Source of the DNA: an uncultured Solirubrobacterales bacterium | GTDB taxonomy: Bacteria; Actinomycetota; Thermoleophilia; Solirubrobacterales; Solirubrobacteraceae | Length of the DNA stretch: 64,000 nucleotides | Assembly: GCA_963767695.1 (NCBI GenBank) | Contig: CAVYFE010000010.1 | Location: 71,872 to 135,871 of the forward strand | Direction of reading: 5' to 3' | Shown here: in pieces, positions 60,371-64,000 of the stretch | Position numbering within the stretch: the first letter of the stretch is position 1 | How the letters are laid out: every line of letters starts with the position of its first letter | The notes under the pieces: model-generated | The model's database searches: none | Told to the model about the DNA's origin: nothing | The model's input: the letters and a program-made list of their open reading frames with translations, nothing else | Made by a program: the position numbers and the translations under genes

Positions 60371-61830
60371 TCAGCCAGTATCCGACCGGAATACGGGCAC
60401 GAGCACGCGGAGCGCGAGGATGCCGGCGAACACGAGCAGGCAGTAGCCGAAGAACGCGTACAGGGTGACGCGGTGGGTCACGCTCGGCCCTCCGTGAAGA
60501 CCAAGCATGAGTACGGACATGACGCCGAGGGTGGCGGCGAGGAACGCGAGCACCAGCTGGTGCACGAGGCCGGTTAGGTAGCAGCGGTCGCTGTCGTCGG
60601 CGAGGAGGCGGACGTTGATGCTGAGTCGCCCGTGCTCGAGTGAACCGCCGATCCGGTCCAGCCGGCGCGGCAGCCGGCGCAGCATCGGCACCAACGAGAT
60701 CAGTTCATCGGTGGCGGTCTTGCGTAGCGCTCCGGGGCTGAGCTGTGCGGCGAGATAGTCGGTGGTGAAGCGGCGGCCCTCCGTGAGGATGTCGAAGCCG
60801 GGCGCGAGCTGGGTCAGCGTGCCCTCGATCGTCGCCAGCGCGCGGAACGCGCCCGCGATCTCGGGCGGCACCGATAGTCCATGCTCAGCGATGATCCGGA
60901 AAAGATCGGAACATTCGCACGCGGGAGTGATTCCGGCCCCCACGTGGCAGCCCATGAACACGCCGAGCGCCCGCACGAGCGCGGGCTCGTCGAGCTCATC
61001 GGGCCGCTGCACGATCTCCAGCAGCGCGTCGTTAGCGCCGCCGGATCGCCACGATCGACGGCGACCAGCAGCCGCTGCAGCGCGGCTCGAAGCCCCGCGT
61101 CGATCCGTCCAACGGAGCCGAAGTCGAGCAGCGCGAGCTGTCCGTCGGAGAGCAGCAGCACGTTGCCCGGATGCGGATCGGCGCGGAAGACGCCATCGAT
61201 CATCAGCTCGCCCAGCAGCGCGTCGAACAGGGTGCGGGCGCGTGCCCGGCGGTCCCGATACGCCCATCCGCCGTGATCGCGCCTAATGGCCGTCGAGCCG
61301 CTCCATCACGAGCACGTTCGCGGTACACATGGGCTCGTGCGGTTTCGGTATCCGGACCGATGCGGCGGCGCCCCGCGCGCTCGCCGCCGCGGCCACGGCA
61401 GTCATGTTCTGGGCCTCGATTCGCAGATCGAGTTCCTCCCTGAGCGCCGCCGCGAACCCATTCGAGAGGTCGACGGCGCCGACTCCCCGCCCCCAGCGCG
61501 TGCTGCGCTGCAGGCGCCTCGCCAGTCGATCTACGATGTCCAAATCCCACGCCACGACTGTGTCGATCCCCGGCCGGCGAATCTTCAGGACGACGCGCTC
61601 ACCTGAGTCGAGCACCGCAGCGTGCACCTGCGCGATCGAGGCGGCCGCGAACGAGGTGCGATCGAAGCTCGCGAACACGGCGTCGACTTCGGCTTCGAGC
61701 TCGCGCTGAGCAGGACGCGTGATGTCGCCGGCGAGATGCGTGTGCGATCACGAAAGCAGGTCTGGGGTTGGTCGTACTGTGCCGGCCGAGCGTGGCTGCT
61801 CCACGCTCAAGCCGTCACGCCCGCGGCGTG
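60371..61830 (-). pseudogene. Degraded ABC1/UbiB (AarF) kinase
   Basis: AAASIAQVH, VVLKIRRPG, FRADPHPGN, LDFG in at least three frames; degenerate 5' end. Confidence 0.8.
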
Positions 61831-62000
61831 GCTCCTCTGGATGGAAATTCGGTAGCGCCGTCTCGGCCGCGTGTCGTTTCGCCTGATGGACGGTGTCGTA
61901 GCCCGCTCACTGGGTGGGCTACGACCACCGCTGGTTGACGATGGTGGCGCTCGGTAGGAGACTTCGCGTGGGTTGTCCACCGCTGAGCTGAGGAGGTAAT

Positions 62001-62942
62001 ATGAGAAGGGCTCTTCTTGCGTTGCTGACTTTGTGCGTCGCCTTTTGGTTGCTTGTGGCGCCGGCGGGGGCTCGGACCGAGACGCTGGCCTGTGGGGCCG
62101 TTGTCACGCATAGCGTGCGGCTTGCCGCAGACGTGCAGTGCCCATTTGGGGCGCCGGCTGGCCTAATCGTCGGCGCGGACGGAATCACGATCGATCTGAA
62201 TGGCCACCAGGTTCAGGCGGCGTTCGGATCTGGTGGTGGGATCGGGAACGGTATCGAGAACGACGGCCATGCGCACGTCACGATCCGGAGCGGTTCGATC
62301 GGTGGCTTTGCGGTCGGAGTCTTGCTCAACGCCGCGACCGACAGTCGTCTCTTAGCGCTGGCGCCTCTTGGGCTCACGAACGCGATCGTGATTGACGGCG
62401 GAGGTCGTAACCTCGTCAGGAACAGCTCGGTCTTCGGACGCGCGGTCGGCATCGTGGTGGATGGGTCTGATCACAGTCGCCTGATTGGTAATGCGGCGGG
62501 TGGCTTGAGCGGCGCGATCTCGCTGCAAGCGAGCTACGGTGTCATCGCCAAGAACGTGATGAATGACCAGCCCGGTGATGGCGTGACGGTGTCAGGGTCG
62601 TTCAATCGGATCGCCTACAACGCCATCCGCAGTGGGTTCGTCGGCATCGAGGTTATGTCGGGACAGGCGAACGTGGTTGACCGCAACTGGGTCGTCAACG
62701 TTGGGGGTGACGGAGTGCTGACAGAGCCTCAGGCCACGAGCACCGTCATTAGCCGAAACCTCGCCATGGGCAATGGTGCTGACGGCATCGACGCGGAGGG
62801 GGCCAGCACGGCGATCCTATTCAACGGGGCGAATGACAACGGCGGCTACGGCATCGAGGCTGTGCCGGGGGTGTTTGCGGTCGGCAACAAAGCCAGCGGC
62901 AATGGCAATCCGATGCAATGCCTAAACGTGACGTGCGGCTGA
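62001..62942 (+). CDS. Secreted right-handed parallel beta-helix protein
   Basis: Signal peptide MRRALLALLTLCVAFWLLVAPAGA; G-I/V-x-V...N-x-I-x-x-N repeats; Cys pairs at both ends. Confidence 0.8.
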   Translation: MRRALLALLTLCVAFWLLVAPAGARTETLACGAVVTHSVRLAADVQCPFGAPAGLIVGADGITIDLNGHQVQAAFGSGGGIGNGIENDGHAHVTIRSGSIGGFAVGVLLNAATDSRLLALAPLGLTNAIVIDGGGRNLVRNSSVFGRAVGIVVDGSDHSRLIGNAAGGLSGAISLQASYGVIAKNVMNDQPGDGVTVSGSFNRIAYNAIRSGFVGIEVMSGQANVVDRNWVVNVGGDGVLTEPQATSTVISRNLAMGNGADGIDAEGASTAILFNGANDNGGYGIEAVPGVFAVGNKASGNGNPMQCLNVTCG

Positions 62943-63489
62943 CACTCGACGGTCACCAACGTACCGCGAGCGCCAACGCGCAACTGCACGGTCACGAGGT
63001 GATCAGTCACCCAGGCGAAGCAGCAGCGCCTGCTCGCCGGCTGCCAGCCGGAGCGGTTAGCGGCCCGAGTCCCAGCAAGCGATGCTGGCTGTCGCTCCCT
63101 CACCGGAGCGGCCACGGGTGACGTAGTCGACGACGTGCTCGCAGTGGACGAGCTGGGACAGGCGGTCGCAACCGGTCGGGCGCCTGCTCCGCAGGGTGAA
63201 GCAGCGACCTCGCCGATCGATCCGACGATACCGCTGTTGCATTTCGACCAGCCACGACCTCGGGGCTGCCGGCAGTCGCGCTGGCGCTGTTTCCGGACAC
63301 CGACAGTCACGCGCCGCGGATGCCCGTCTGAATGTGAAGGCAGGGCTCGCCGCGCGCGAGGCAAGAGACCCGAGCTTCGCCACTTGCACGACGGGCTGCG
63401 TCGCTTGCCGCCAAGCGCCGTGAGCGATCGGTCCGAGGCCCTGCTTTAAGCGCTCTGGATCAGCACCTGCGGCCCCATTACGGAGGTCG

Positions 63490-63874
63490 CCGTGGTGCTG
63501 GCCGCTGATCGCATCGATGAGTGTACGGGCGGCGTTTGAGCGAACGTGACAGACGTGGGCCATCGAGTCGCTGATATGGCGCGACTCGATGGCCCACGTC
63601 TGGCGTCCGGGCGCGGCGGGATTGACGCGGACGATCGCGGCGGGCGGGTCGCCGAGCGCGCGCGGATTTATCTCGGCGCAGTAGCCGGTGCTCACGCGGG
63701 CTTGTTCGAGGCGTTTGAGCGGTCGGCGATGGCCGGCGGGGAGAGGCTGACGCGCCTGCCGAGCTTGACGAGCGAGATCCTCCCGTCCGTCATGAGCTCG
63801 CCGATGATCTCGTGGTCGATCGCGTCCAGATCTGGATATTCAGTAGCCGAAAGAGGCCCAGTGCCGTTCTTCAT
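63490..63874 (-). pseudogene. Lrp/AsnC regulator remnant
   Basis: LDAIDHEIIGELMTDGRISLVKLGRRVSLSPPAIADR, frameshift, LKRLEQ...GYCAEINPRALG. Confidence 0.7.
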
Positions 63875-64000
63875 GAGTTGCTTCTTCGATCGGTCCGGGG
63901 CACGTTCGGCGGCGCCGAGGGGAGACGGTGGACTTATCCGGGTAGCGCCGCACATGATTATTGTCAGATGCGTGCTTTTGCTGGTACTCGCGTTGATCGC

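Noticed and set aside
63000-63480. Possible gene remnant between the beta-helix gene and the Lrp fragment
   Set aside because: No frame gave a recognisable motif.

Overview
High-GC actinobacterial chromosome segment. Gene order and the YidC tail ending PPPPPRKKKKRSGRRR suggest Thermoleophilia/Solirubrobacterales (inference). The first ~19.8 kb is the core replication-origin region: gyrA, gyrB, dciA, recF, dnaN, oriC, dnaA, rpmH, rnpA, yidD, yidC, jag, rsmG, parA, parB, tRNA-Ile(GAT). It includes a candidate structured small RNA behind gyrA and a stand-alone LAGLIDADG-like gene next to an interrupted parS. The 3' end of tRNA-Ile is duplicated 2 kb downstream (att-like). After it comes a ~35-kb accessory C1/alcohol-oxidation module: pqqABCDE, a near-complete H4MPT/methanofuran-type formaldehyde oxidation pathway (fae, mtd, mch, fhcABCD) with cofactor biosynthesis genes (folE, mptG, mfnB/E/F-like, ATP-grasp ligases, CitG-like, DHPS-like, pabB/pabC), and a signal-peptide-less PQQ alcohol dehydrogenase with the lanthanide-type D-Y-D motif. 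That dehydrogenase has a cupredoxin-like partner, two metal transporters nearby and an Fe-ADH/sensor kinase/NarL-type regulator triad. Several uncharacterised genes (M17 peptidase, R2lox, atypical SDR, PCD-like, DUF1464) sit where known pathways have gaps. The last ~4 kb is mostly decayed genes. Many genes, including essential dnaA, carry small frameshifts, so the assembly probably has indel errors. All family assignments come from motif recognition by eye, not database searches.
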